A stretch of DNA of 64,000 nucleotides, taken from positions 403,000,001 to 403,064,000 of the forward strand of contig OZ024740.1 of the NCBI GenBank assembly GCA_964016885.1. Reading direction: 5' to 3'. The first letter of the stretch is position 1; every line of letters starts with the position of its first letter. A model generated the notes under the pieces. The model saw only the letters and a program-made list of their open reading frames with translations, did not search any database and had not been told where the DNA came from. This document shows, piece by piece, positions 40,240 through 54,579 of this stretch. The position numbers were made by a program, and so were the translations under genes. This DNA is from Eledone cirrhosa. Lineage: Eukaryota.

Positions 40240-40810
40240 ATGTATCTTAATGGTATTGCTGTTTAGCAAGCGGTCTGTAATGTCCGACGGTATATATTCT
40301 CATGTAGCGCCCCAACTATACGAATGTTGACTGGTTCAATTATTTCTTCGAAAATCTCATTACGGGGTCGGTAAACTAAAGTACCAGTAACGCACTTGGC
40401 TCAGTTTAATCTATATATTCCCCTTCCCCTTCAAATTGCTGGCTTTGTGCTAAAAGTGAAAACAATTATTTCTTGCAAAATATCAAATTTGAAACTTTTA
40501 CGATATGATAATTCATTTACTTAACATGATATGATTATTATGAATATAACTAAATATATAACCAATGATAATTTAATGATTAATCACAGCTTTTTAAAAA
40601 AATTCATAGCGTGGCTCTTGTATGTTTATTATACATAAATATATCGTATTATCTTTCATATACACCCCTATGTCGAAAAACATTCTTCTGCAACCTAATT
40701 ATCTCAATTTCAACAGTCAAATTCGCGCTATATGCAAATGAACTTCTCCAGCCGATGTTTCATACGCAATACCATATAGGCTTTAACCTATTTTGCCTCA
40801 ATAGTTAGTT

Positions 40811-40855
40811 ATATCACTGATGAAGGATGCATATTCAGAAATAGCTATCTGACAT
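40811..40855 (+). ncRNA. Minimal type-I hammerhead ribozyme
   Basis: TCA-CTGATGA-A-GGATG-CA-TATTC-A-GAAA-TAGCTA-TC-TGA; palindromic ATAGCTAT stem III; AUC triplet. Confidence 0.72.
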
Positions 40856-41139
40856 TCTCACAGATACTGAGATAGATGTGATACGGCTTTAAATAAAATT
40901 AATAGCTAGACTCTCGCAATGCTTTCATATACACGCTTATAACGAATATCGCTAGGTTGATGCAACCCAATTAACAACGATTAATAGTTTTAGCTTTGGA
41001 GTCCCCAAACACTATATATTCATCTTTTCACATGTTTAAATATAACATTTACAGTTACATTTACAATTGATAGATAAGCTTAACTGGGTTTTAGAGACAC
41101 CAATGAAAAAGATTGCGTATCACTTCAAAATGTAATATA

Positions 41140-41463
41140 TAGTGGCACTCGGTCAGTTACGACGACGAGTGTTCCAGTTGATCCGATCAACGGAACAGCC
41201 TGCTCGTGAAATTAACGTGCAAGTGGCTGAGCATACAACAAACACGCGTACCCTTAACGTAATTCTCAGGGAAATTCGGCGTGACACAGAATGTGGCAAA
41301 GCCTCCATTCGAATTACAGGCACAATTCCTTTTTGACAGCTCAGTGGACTGGAGCAACGTGAAATAAAGTGTTTTGCTCAAGGACACAGTGCGCCGCCGG
41401 GAATCGAACTCTCAACATTACGATCGTCAGCCGAATGCCTAACCACAAAGCCATGCGCCTTCA
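41140..41463 (-). mobile_element. tRNA-derived SINE family 2 (CORE-like), near full length
   Basis: Reverse complement GAAGGCGCATGGCTTTGTGGTTAGG...GAGTTCGATTCCCGG...CCTTGAGCAAAACACTTTATTTCAC. Confidence 0.8.
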
Positions 41464-41498
41464 AGGTAATGTATTGAACTTATTATTTAGTCGTTGGT

Positions 41499-41941
41499 AG
41501 GGCGGTGGATTGGCCGTCTCGGTAGAGCGTCGAACAAAATGCTTTGCAATTCCGAGTTCAAATCCCGCCGATGTCAACTTTGCCTTTCATCCGTCTGGGG
41601 TCGATAAAATAAAGTAGTAGTGAAGTACTGGTATTTTAAAATAAAGTACCAGTTAAGTAGTGGTGTAGATATAATCGACTTTCTCATCCCAAATTCCTGG
41701 TTGTGTATCAATGTTAGAAAGAATTGTTTAGCCATTGGTTATAAACCTATTTGATTTATTATTAATAATTGTTTCTACTTTTGGCACAAGGCCAGCAATT
41801 ACTCCAGTGCATTACTGGTACTTTATTTTATCGACCCCGTAAGTATGAAAGGCAAAGTTAACCTCGGCGGGATTTGAATTCTGTCCGTAAAGGGCTATAA
41901 CTCTATGCTGGAAAGCATAGCGTCCGACTCTCTACCGATAC
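41499..41941. mobile_element. Two family-1 SINEs tail-to-tail (+ ~41499-41725; - ~41765-41941)
   Basis: Diagnostic GGGGTCGATAAAATAAAGTA on each strand. Confidence 0.8.
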
Positions 41942-42315
41942 GACCTGGAAGTTTGATGAATGGTAAAACATTTCGTTTCATAATGACGAAGATCTGATTT
42001 TGAGATCATTGCATGGTATTTTGATAAAGGGTCGTTTATCATATAGTTGGACCGAATCATTTCTTGCACTTGTAATTATATATATATATGTGTAGTGTGG
42101 ATTTTACATTTAATTCAATCTCGTCACACACTCTGTTAAACCTTTCCCGGGGCATTTCTGCTAATTGATCCATGATTCTATTCTGTCGTAAAGGAATTAT
42201 GTCTGTGACCAAGGCTGTTTTTCTTTTTTAATATTCATCTCTTTCATCAGCAGCACGCCTGAAATTTATTGAATGGAATTTAGTAAATTAAATCGACAAT
42301 AATATGTTAATGGTA

Positions 42316-42916
42316 CAGTGGTACCATGACTTACGTGTCACAACTAACGAGTTTTCGTATCTCGGCTGAATTTTTGCTTTGAGTTGCGTGCTAAAATTCG
42401 GGTCACGAGCCAGCTTCAGATACCTCTCCGTTAGTTGGTGTAGTGAACGCCATAATAACCGCCCAGCATCCCATTATTGGTCCGAAGAAAATGAGCGCGA
42501 AGGACAGTGCTGAGAAGAAGAAACTGATCTGCATTAAATTAAAGAAAGAAATTATCGAAAAACGACTATGGTATGCGTGTAGTCGACTTGGCGAAGCAGT
42601 GTGAGCGTAGCACTCCTACGATCTGCACCATACTGAGGCAGAAGGAGTCGATAAAGGCTATAACCCCAGCCAAGGGAGTTAAAATAATTTCTAAACAGCG
42701 GACATGTATCCATGAAAATATGGAAAAGCTGCTGATAGTGTGGTTGACAGAGAAGCAGCTCGCAACAGATAACGTGATGGAGACTATAATCTGCGTGAAG
42801 GCAGGAGCTATTTGCGCTGATTTGCTGCAGCAGACCCCAGGTACTTCAACATAGAGTAATTTGAGTTACGAGCTCCGTCACGGAACGAATTAAACTCGTA
42901 AGTCAAGGTACCACTG
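42316..42916 (+). mobile_element. Tigger/pogo DNA transposon, internally deleted
   Basis: TIRs CAGTGGTACCATGACTTACG / CGTAAGTCAAGGTACCACTG, TA flanks; CENP-B-type HTH remnant GMRVVDLAKQCERSTPTICTILRQKESIK...MEKLLIVWLTEKQLA. Confidence 0.9.
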
Positions 42917-43937
42917 TAGTTATTTTATCGTAATCAGAATGGAGAAAGACAAAAGAGGGCTCCTGAAAGATTTTAGCTAAAAACGTTCAGGGATATATCT
43001 ATTTTGTGTAATGACATTTTGTAAAATATATTTTCTTAGCTGCTCAAATAAATCCGTTATACATTGCTAAACCCACCCCCATATCAACTACTTTCTTTGT
43101 ATTTGAATATTGAGCTGAGTTCCTCCCTTAAATATTCATCATTCAAAGCTTCAGTGAAACATTCATTTCTATCACTTTTATTTGATATATATTTATACTA
43201 TCATGTTTTGTGTCTCATTTGTTTATTTCCTTTCAACTTATTTGTTTTTTAAATTTTCTACTTAATTTTTATTGTTTTTCTCATTCTCACCTCACTTCAA
43301 TGGTTAAACGAATCGATAGGATATCAGCCATGAGTTTCATAGTGATAATTATATGCTTAAGTCACCAATACTGTGTCCAGTGACCATGTCATAGACACAT
43401 GTTTCTCAACTAAGCTGGTATCAGGGTGGTACACCTAACTCTTTTGACACACCTGTAAAATTAATGAGTATTTCGTTTATCACAGCATATTGTTGTATTT
43501 CAATATTAAACCGAGCCTCAGACTTCGGCTCCTGTAAGAAGACTCGTAAAAGATATATTGCTCTTCCCAGACCTTCATGCGAGTGATGAGATCATCACGT
43601 ATCTTCTAACGTTTTTCTTAATTCTCTTGTATGGATTCCTTCACATATTGCTGATACGACAAGTTATTCTTATGTACATGCCTTGCCTCTTCATAATTAT
43701 GATTCTATTTCATCAAATTATACTGATTTAGGATTCAGATGCATGCAAAAAGGGGAACACTTATAGCCTGGGCTAATCTGAAACTTTAGGAACAATTTAA
43801 GGAAAAGCAGTGAGAGAGGACATTATCGACAAGTCAATTTAGTGACATCAAAGGACTAGTCCCGATATGTGTGTGTGTGTGTTCGTGCGCGCCTGCGTAT
43901 GTGTTTATGCGTACTAAAAGGCGATATATGTATATGT

Positions 43938-44019
<82 letters not shown>

Positions 44020-44211
44020 CGTATACATACTTGTATTTAAGTAACAGCCGTACTAAGAGTGAGAAATGAAATTTCGTTTCATATTTCCGTTTATCGTTGT
44101 CGGTACCCCGGCCGATTAACTCACTCGATATGCAAATTAGGCTGCTCAGCCGTTAATATGCATAAGGAAAGTATATACTTTCAGATGTTCAACCATCTGG
44201 CAGGAAGGTAT

Positions 44212-44254
44212 ACGTTGCTGACGATAGCTAATAAGCTTGAAACTAATACACCGT
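44212..44254 (+). ncRNA. Slightly decayed minimal hammerhead
   Basis: ACGTTG-CTGACGA-T-AGCT-AATA-AGCT-T-GAAAC-TAATA-CACCGT; host block has a partial direct repeat (~44008-44092 vs ~44473-44560). Confidence 0.55.
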
Positions 44255-44397
44255 TCCTCTGTCAGTGTTGAACAAATGAGCAACGATGGTTGCTAGACAC
44301 AGTACGGCTTAATTCGGGCTGTTTGTTTACAAACACACCGAGCATTATAATAAATGTTCGGTAAATCCATACGTACATATATATATATGTGTGCATG

Positions 44398-44453
<56 letters not shown>

Positions 44454-44555
44454 CTACTGCGCGTCTGTATACATGTATGTATGTACGTATACATACTTAT
44501 ATTTAAGTAACAGCCGTACTAAGAGTGAGAAATGAAATTTCGTTTCATTTTTTCC

Positions 44556-44599
<44 letters not shown>

Positions 44600-44664
44600 A
44601 AAGTAAATAACAACAAGGAGTACAGTTACGCTTGAGAGTGAGGGGTGGGGGACGACACAAAACT

Positions 44665-45470
44665 ACAATTTAGTTTCTCGCTCCCACATGGCTGGTTACA
44701 TGAATGTATCTATGAGTTTTATATCGAATAATAATAATTGTTTCTACTTTTGGCGCAATGCCACCAATTAATCAGTGCATTACTGGTACTTTATTTTACT
44801 TTATTTTATCGACCGCGTAAGGATGAAAGGCAAAGTTAACCTCAGAGGGATTTGAACACAGACCGTAAAGGGCCGTAACTCCATGCTGCAAAACATGGCG
44901 TCCGACCCCCTACCGATACTACCAATCCACCAATGATGTTCGATTCGTTTGCAAGGAAACAGACTAAGTACGGACTATGTTTGTTAAATGACCGCCACCA
45001 ACCGTTTGTTCTAGCTGTGGCAGAGAGAAACAGTGAAGATGTTTCTGAGTTATTGCCCTTTGTCAAGACTGTGTATCTCCTTCATTTGAACTGCTGAAAA
45101 AACATGATATTTTCTAAAGTATACATCGGCTGATTTGCCTTATTTGTATAGCGAGCGATTTTGCCCCTGACTTTGCCGAAAATTACAAATTACGAAAAAC
45201 AAATTTAGATTTGGTTACTCTCGCTCACGTAGCTGGTTACATAAATGTATTTAAGGCTCTTATAACGAATATAATTGTTTCTACTTTTGGCACAGTGCTA
45301 GCAGTTACCCCATTGTATTACTAGTACTTTATTTTATCGACCCCCGTACGGATGAAAAGCAAAGTTAACCTCGGTGGGATTTGAACTCAGAACGTAAAGG
45401 TCAATAACTCAGAAACATCTTCACTGTTTCTCTATGCCACTGCTTGAACAAAGGGATGATTGCAGTCATT
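44665..45470. repeat. Tandemly duplicated composite repeat with embedded family-1 SINEs
   Basis: TCTCGCTC..A..TGGCTGGTTACAT..ATGTAT..CGAATA plus SINE(-) at ~44675 and ~45218; homologous to 9090-9765. Confidence 0.7.
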
Positions 45471-45594
45471 TTGCAATCAAACAGCCTCATTGCGCTAAGG
45501 TTTTTAGATGACTACCGCCAGCTAAAAAACATAGCGTAATGAGGATGTTTCCTTGCATACGAATTGAATATTTTTATTATTCGATATAAAACTC

Positions 45595-45642
<48 letters not shown>

Positions 45643-45847
45643 TTAAGGATACTATCTATGGTTATGTATATAATAAAACCTTTTATGGTTATATATGTTT
45701 TATATATAAACCCCAAATAGTGAAAGATAGTCATTCATTACTATCTTATTACCAGTAAGATAAATAGCTCAATGTAATAACATCAGTTATTTTACAGAGC
45801 AGTTATATAGAGATTACAATAATCAAAGTTCAGTTTAAATCATTTAT

Positions 45848-45896
45848 TTGCTTACAATTGTTTCCTCCAAACCGAGGTTTGGATTCTTCGGAGCAA
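45848..45896 (-). ncRNA. PLE pseudo-LTR hammerhead (copy 1)
   Basis: TTGCT-CCGAAGA-A-TCCAAAC-CTCG-GTTTGGA-G-GAAAC-AATT-GTA-AGCAA. Confidence 0.78.
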
Positions 45897-47410
45897 CTAT
45901 TTAGTGATCTATAACATACTTGACCTCCTTTTCAACACAAGAGACATATAAAAACATATGCATATATTGACCCACAGTGGGTTGACATCCATCATAATGA
46001 TATAGCATGGCAATTTACATATAAAGGTTAAAGGATTAAAATTAAAATAAAAATTAAAATAAAAATAAAAATAAAAATAAAACATTGGCAATTTATGAAG
46101 ATAAAGCAAGAGGAAAGTTTAGAGTAGTCAGTGTATGAAACAATCTCACGTGTGGCATGCACGCGTGTCTCATTTATACAGGATTAGAGTGCGGCAGATT
46201 GTTACTTGTAGAATCAGGCAGTTAAAGCAGGCAATCAATAGTAACATGTGGGCCGTATTGTTAAATCATTTTTTCGCATACACCTGTACGATATACAATC
46301 CCGAATGTAGAGAGACACTAAAATATCAAAAATATCAAACATATTATAAAACATATTATAAAAGAGGCCATACAGCACCACTGTCTTCGCACACACCACC
46401 ACTCACACAATCCATGAAACGCAATACATAGACTACAGGTCTATCACACAATCCACGATGATTCAGCATTGGGTGTCTGGAGAACCAAGTTATAAACCAT
46501 ATCTTGTTTCTTAATTTGATTAATAGATCATGTTGTTTTAGTTGTGTGAGATGACATTGCATTATATTCCGGAAGTGTGTGCGTGACTAAGGGGAGTTAA
46601 TGCGTAAAGGGAGTTAATGCGTAAGGGGAGGTAACTAGTTGATTTTTATAGTTATATATATTATCCTAAATTACATTAATGGTGTTTCAAATGAGTCCCT
46701 ATCATATGAGGTTATAACCAATTTCTAAATTAGGTTACTTATCTATAAATTACAGTGTAGTCTATTACGAAGTACTAAAGGTGTTCATATCAGGATGATT
46801 ACCTTCTATTATGGAGTGCCACACCTGAAGGTTCTATAAGAAGAGTCAGACCTCCAAATCAATGATCTTTGTAAGTGTAGTCCACCCGCAGAACCTGGCA
46901 GGGTCTTATTACTATATATGACTCCCGGTAAGCTCTGGGGCATTGTATGTCTGAATCCTTGACAAATTTAAATATCACCAGGGTGGTCCGGAGATCAATT
47001 CTCTCATATAAAGACACTAATCTGGCCATCAAGCAATACAGAAACTCCTAACTCATATATCACCTGTACATAATTCATTGTACTCAGCATATAGAATATA
47101 TAATCCCTTTAATAATAAATTAATTACTTAATCATCTATCTATCCTATGGTGGCACTCCATGCACTGGACTATGTTAGCACAACCAATACAGTGCCCACA
47201 GTTTACATTAATCATATATTTGTGCAATGTAGTCCAAGTAATACAAGGCCAATATATCAAAAGTAGAAGTACATGGTATCTCCAGGGTAAAAGGTACTAT
47301 AAGGGTGCCACTATTTGCGTTAGAGTGTATAAATGGGTGTGGAGATGAGGTGTAAGGTGTGCCACTGATGCTAATTGCTAGAGGTGGTGACCGGTTCAAG
47401 TCTGACATTG

Positions 47411-49869
47411 TTATATATAGGGTTTAAAGTTTGGGAAAGAGTGTCGGAAGCGGTGTTGGCAAGATGCGAACACTTCTGATTGTTTATTAAAGAGATTATG
47501 GTTAGAGAAGATGATAGTATGGGTCTCTACTAGACAGAGGTTACAAAATTTATTAGGTGGTTTGTACGATGTCGCATTACCTACCGCTTCCCATTTAAGT
47601 GTATATAGTTTATTTTTAGTTTTTAGATAGTGTATGTAGCTAGATAGCGAAGTGTAGTTGGCTAGACTGTGTTTTGTGAAAGAGTGGATGTGCGAATTGT
47701 ATCTAGTTTTGAAGCAGTTAGAAGTAGAGCCTATATAGGTTTCAGAAGAGTTGTTAGTTGTAACTGTGCATGAGTATATGATATCCTTGGTTAAGCATTT
47801 TTTATCTAAAGGGCAGGTTCTATTTGATCTACAGTTACAATTATTCTGGGTGTTAGTCTGCCGGTTAATATTCCGTGTAGAAGTCTGGATGTTAGCTATA
47901 GGGTTATGGTTATGTGGGTTGCCGTTCTCGGCGTTATTGTTTACACTAGTGCTATTACTATTATTTCTATTGATATTAGGGTTAGTTGCTATAATGTTAT
48001 TTTGAAGGTTTATCGTCTATTGTGATTTAGTTTGTTGGAAGTAAGAATTAATTTTTCTTTTATTTCTACTAGCTATGTGGTATGCTAAGTTAGGCGTAGT
48101 AGAGTATGAGATTTTAATAGTGTTTTTGTTTAAAAGGCTATGGTACTTGTGGCCGGATGAGAAGTTTTTATCTAGTAGTGAGAAGAAAGCCCTAGGTAGG
48201 TTGGTAGAGACGTTTAGATTGAAAGGAGGGTTGAAAAATGTATTATTTCTTCTTCTGTTTCTGTTTTTTATGTCTGGTGATTTGTTTCCTTTTATGGTAC
48301 TATGGTAATTTCTGTGGTGTGGGTTACTTTTGTTGGTATCATCCCTATTAGTGTGTGTGCGGTTGCTATTCTTATTACTAAATTTTCTCATGGACATGTT
48401 GTGCGAAATAATGTTGTAGCTATGCGTTTTTGTAGGTAGGAACTCGATCTCTATATTATGGCCTGATCTAGCTAATGCCTGATTATAATATTGCGAGTTT
48501 TTGTTAAATATGTTTACGTCATAGGATAGATTAGAGATTCTATTAGATACTCCCTTAGAGATAGAGTTTAATATAGATCTAGGGTGGTTAGACTTGGTAT
48601 CTACGTAAATGAGTTTTTCATTAGGTTTGTGGAAAGGTGCATATATCATTGAGTCTAGGTAGAGTGTGGCGTCTAGGAAGTTGACGTTTTTAGTGTTTTT
48701 GTCCATGGTAATACTAAGGTTATAGTTTTTGAATGGTTTGTGCAATAGTTTTCTAGTTCTTTCTATATTTAATTTTTTATAATCTATAAGTAGAAGTGCA
48801 TCGTCGCGGTACAAACCACCGTTGAGGTAAGGCAGGTCCTTATGGATTTGGTTAAGCAAATATAGGCCGACTAAATCAGTGACCTGCGCCGAGTCACTAG
48901 ACCCCATGGTAATGTTGCAGTTGTCTTGCGTATCTTTGCGGGTCCATAATTGGTCTTCAAAGGTGACTAGTGTTTTACGGGCCGCAAGTATGACATCAAT
49001 CTGGGGTCTAGTCAGGTCACTATTGTCCATGGCCATTATAAGTGCCTTATTTAATAGGATAGGGGAAATAGAGGTGTAGTAAGAATTTATATCAAATTGA
49101 ATAAATTTTTTATCCTTGTTATCTTTGATATCTTTGAACCATTCAATCACTTTACCCGTATTTCCCCATTGTTTAAGGTAAATCTTGTGTTTAATCTGTG
49201 GGATGATTTTATCTAAAATTTTCTTACTGATAATGCCAATGTCAGACTTGGAAGGGCAGATGAGACTAATCGAGGGGTTGCTAATGAAGTCCTCCTTATG
49301 GTCCTTCAGAGAGAATCTAGGGGGGTTTAGGGTATATGGTTGTGTATGTCTCTGGAGCCCTAGTTTGGATACTATATTATAGCCTTCCATATTAATATCT
49401 TCTAAGTTTTCCATAGTGGTTTTCTTGTAGCTTTTATGTAGTTCATTATATATAAACTTTCTATATGTATTATAATCTAGGCTGTATATGTTATTAGTTT
49501 TGTCCGCATGTACAATAATTTTACTACTAGTTTTGAAATCATTAATAGAGGTGCTAAGTTTGTTTAAGAAGGTGTTGTTTTTATTACGGTGTTTTTTGTA
49601 TTTAATATTCTTAACTAGTTTTATTAGGTCATTTTCGAAGGGGTTTAGTAGTGTGTTATGAGGGGGGCTTCTAAAGGTTTTAAAGCCGAAGGAGTCAAAT
49701 TTGTTAGTATTATTAACCTTGCTAGATTTGTTTTTATCATAATGGAATGTCTTCCATCTCACTCTATTGATAAAGGAGTTTACACTGTCGATCAATAACT
49801 TTTCATATGTATTTTGGGTGGTATAGGTATGTTCTTGGTTGACATAGGGAGTTGGTCTTTGATCAGCAT
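47411..49869 (-). CDS. PLE polyprotein: RT, Asn-rich linker, Cys-rich motif, GIY-YIG endonuclease (frameshift near 49810; in-frame TAG at 48017-48019)
   Basis: STKNIPIP, RVRWK, ADKTNNIY, FIQFDINSYYTSI, ITMGS, GLYRDD, NFLD, SNHP; after the TAG the same frame gives CNCRSNRTCPLDKKCLTKDIIYSC..TYIGSTSNCFKTRYNSHIHSF..CNLCLVE..SCQHR to TAA at 47411. Confidence 0.92.
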
Positions 49870-50124
49870 ACTGGTAATTTATTGTATGTCAGCTCAACAA
49901 TATGGAGCAGTTATTAGTATTAAGGATACTATCTATGGTTATGTATATAATAAAACCTTTTATGGTTATATATTTTTTATATATAAACCCCAAATAGTGA
50001 AAGATAGTCATTCATTACCATCTTATTACCAGTAAGATAAATAGCACAATGTAATAACATCAGTTGCTTTACAGAGCAGTTATATAGAGATTACAATAAT
50101 CAAAGTTCAGTTTAAATCATTTAT

Positions 50125-50173
50125 TTGCTTACAATTGTTTTCTCCAAACCGAGGTTTGGATTCTTCGGAGCAA
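50125..50173 (-). ncRNA. PLE pseudo-LTR hammerhead (copy 2; one substitution, GGAAAC to GAAAAC)
   Basis: Same motif as 45848-45896. Confidence 0.7.
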
Positions 50174-50338
50174 CTATTTAGTGATCTATAACATACTTGA
50201 CCTCCTTTTCAACACAAGAGACATATAAAAACATATGCATATATTGACCCACAGTGGGTTGACATCCATCATAATGATATAGCATGGAAATTTACATATA
50301 AAGGTTAAAGGATTAAAATTAAAATAAAAATAAAAATA

Positions 50339-50370
<32 letters not shown>

Positions 50371-50921
50371 GCAGTTTATGAAGATAAAGCAAGATGTTTT
50401 ATAATATGTTTGATATTTTTGATATTTTGGTGTTTCTCTACATTCGGGATTGTATATCGTACAGGTGTATGCGAAAAATGATTTAACAATACGGCCCACA
50501 TGATACTATTGATTGCCTGCTTTAACTGCCTGATTCTACAAGTAACAATCTGCCGCACTCTAATCCTGTATAAATGAGACACGCGTGCATGCCACACGTG
50601 AGATTGTTTCATACACTGACTACTCTAAACTTTCCTCTTGCTTTATCTTCATAAACTGCCAATGTTTTATTTTTATTTTTATTTTTAATTTTAATTTTAT
50701 TTTTATTTTTTTTTATTTTTTTTTTTATTTTATTTTTTTTTTTTTTTTTTTTTATTATTTATTTATTTTTTATTTTTTTAAATCCTTTAACCTTTATATG
50801 TAAATTGCCATGCTATATCATTATGATGGATGTCAACCCACTGTGGGTCAATATGTGCATATGTTTTTATATGTCTCTTGTGTTGAAAAGGAGGTCAAGT
50901 ATGTTATAGATCACTAAATAG

Positions 50922-50970
50922 TTGCTCCGAAGAATCCAAACCTCGGTTTGGAGGAAACAATTGTAAGCAA
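50922..50970 (+). ncRNA. PLE pseudo-LTR hammerhead (copy 3, inverted arm)
   Basis: Same motif; predicted cleavage after GTA at 50965. Confidence 0.78.
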
Positions 50971-51004
50971 ATAAATGATTTAAACTGAACTTTGATTATT
51001 GTAA

Positions 51005-51077
<73 letters not shown>

Positions 51078-51107
51078 ATGTGTGAATATACATATATATA
51101 TGTTTTA

Positions 51108-51225
<118 letters not shown>

Positions 51226-51335
51226 TTTATTTTATGTTGTTTAGGAGCTAGTCAATCAAAATATGGATAGTGATTTCGCGGAATTAAAGTTCTAAAGCAA
51301 ATTTTCCGGTCCGGCCTTCTGTTGTTGTGTTAATG

Positions 51336-51418
<83 letters not shown>

Positions 51419-51429
51419 ACACACACACA

Positions 51430-52154
<725 letters not shown>

Positions 52155-52378
52155 CATATATATAAATATATATATATATTTATATAATATATATACGTAA
52201 AATACTTAGGTTAATAGGAGTTAGGTATTGTATACCCGTGTCCCATTAAGGTATTGGCAGCATAATAATTAGCTCTATGCTTTGGAGCAGAGCCGTATTT
52301 TGCTCTTTACTCTCTTTACTCTTTGTTCTTGAATGTTTGTTTGGTAGAGTCCATAACACCAATCAAACCCCTTTTATA

Positions 52379-52423
52379 GCTCTGACGAATCCTACGGTTA
52401 CGTAAGGAAGAAACATTGTAAGC
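52379..52423 (+). ncRNA. Type-I hammerhead in a ~275-bp (TA)n-flanked PLE-like terminal fragment (~52195-52470)
   Basis: GCT-CTGACGA-A-TCC-TACG-GTTA-CGTA-A-GGA-A-GAAAC-ATT-GTA-AGC. Confidence 0.78.
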
Positions 52424-52536
52424 CAATAAAAATCTTTTGATGTTGTAGACGCTCTTGTGTTCTTTTTCATATATATATACGTATATATATTTATATACTA
52501 TATATACGGATATATATAAATATATATATTTATATA

Positions 52537-52608
<72 letters not shown>

Positions 52609-52609
52609 G

Positions 52610-52685
<76 letters not shown>

Positions 52686-52687
<2 letters not shown>

Positions 52688-52778
52688 AACAAGTATGACT
52701 CCGACGGCCGAGCTCAACCCGTTTCGACGGCTAATTCTTGACTAAGGGTCCATCTGGTTCCTTACCACATTTCCTTCG

Positions 52779-52780
<2 letters not shown>
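52686..52780. mobile_element. Fold-back family A, deleted copy
   Basis: Short arm to TTCTTGACTAA joined to tail GGTCCATCTGGTTCCTTACC. Confidence 0.75.
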
Positions 52781-52820
<40 letters not shown>

Positions 52821-52888
52821 CATATATATAAATATATATATATTTATATAATATATATACGTATATATATATTTATATAGTATATATA

Positions 52889-52963
<75 letters not shown>

Positions 52964-53010
52964 CTATATATACGCAAATATATATATATATATTTATATA
53001 ATATATATAC

Positions 53011-53099
<89 letters not shown>

Positions 53100-53439
53100 C
53101 ATACATATACTTATATTATATACATAATAAACAAGTGTATCGCTATAGAAATGTTATCGAAACAAAACTGCTGTCGCAAAAGTAAAAAAAAAACGTGTTA
53201 TGTACGCAGATGAGGGTGCGATTGATATTGAGAGATAACAAAGGAAAACAGTTGAGGTTTTGTGAGAAATTTCTATGAACACAATAGAAAGACGAGGGAA
53301 AATAACGAAGATAAAATGCAACCCTTGTGTGAGGCATTGTAGGGAAGACAATATAGGATTGTGCAGTGAATTAGTGGGGGTGGGCATTTGAGAGGAGAAG
53401 AACGTAGAAAGAAAAACAAGACAAAAGGAAAAGAGAAAA

Positions 53440-53511
<72 letters not shown>

Positions 53512-53556
53512 CAGCAGTAGTAGTAGTAGTAGTAGCAGCAGCAGCAGCAGCAGCAG

Positions 53557-53646
<90 letters not shown>

Positions 53647-53984
53647 GTGGTGGTGGGTGGTAGAAGAAGAAGAAGAAGAAGAAGAAGAAGAAGAAGAAGA
53701 AGAAGAAGAAGAAGAAGAAGAAGAAGAAGAAGAAGAAGAAGAAGAAATGCCATCGCTAGAGCATGATGGACGTAGCTTTTTTGTCCTGCTAGGGAGTTAC
53801 CTATGTCACATATCAAGTGATGTTTGTGTTTGAAGCTTTGCACGGAAAAGCTTTGCACGGAGCCAATCACACTCTCTAAACATCGAATGCATTTGCCCCA
53901 AAAGAAGAACTGATCTACATCAGTTGATGCAAATGAAGTCAGAGTGACCTTTTAGAAACAAAAACAAAAAGAAAAAATGTTTGG

Positions 53985-54172
53985 ATCACCGTTGACTCTC
54001 CCGAGTTCCTTTGCCCGTTGATGGGTTTTGTTTTTCATCCCGCAGGGTGTCCAAAGTCACCCTCCTCACCAACCAAGCTTGGCGGAGTTGCCGGTTTAGT
54101 CGCTGACGACCCGAACATGCACAGGTTGAACTGGGTTACATGTTACCCAGTAGCGCCGAAGAGCGACCTGAC
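53985..54172 (-). mobile_element. Candidate structured 5'UTR fragment of an RTE-like LINE
   Basis: GC-rich, hairpin-rich block (CTGGGTAAC-AT-GTAACCCAG; AGGGTG-ACTTTGGA-CACCCT) abutting (TACA)n; family assignment from recalled resemblance only. Confidence 0.35.
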
Positions 54173-54203
<31 letters not shown>

Positions 54204-54229
54204 CATACATACATACATACATACATACA

Positions 54230-54260
<31 letters not shown>

Positions 54261-54579
54261 GATGGCTGCAAACTCTGCTAAGAGTATTGCAATCGCTTGT
54301 CAGATTATAGAGTTTGGTGCACTTTTAGGCTACCGCCAGTCACACAATTCTGTAACATATCCTGAACAAGCAATGCCTGTGCTTTGAAGGATTTTAAGTG
54401 GGGAAAGGTCTTGCACTCGACTAATCCCTCTCTCTCTGAGCATCGAAAACACTATCCAATGATGTTAACATACATGCATACAAATATACATACATTCATG
54501 CATACATACATACATATGCACATACATTCATACATAAATACATATGTACATACATGCATACATACATAAATACAAAATG

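Larger units (their letters stand above)
45638..51009 (-). mobile_element. Near full-length Penelope-like retroelement (Neptune-like) with direct and inverted pseudo-LTRs, in (TA)n
   Basis: Direct repeat ~45638-46110 = ~49914-50394; 50395-51009 inverted copy of ~45810-46352; RT plus GIY-YIG ORF; HHR in all three repeat copies. Confidence 0.93.

Noticed and set aside
42200-42255. Additional CTGATGA/CTGACGA hits (also ~12343, ~55960)
   Set aside because: Stems or GAAA too degraded to call as hammerheads by eye.
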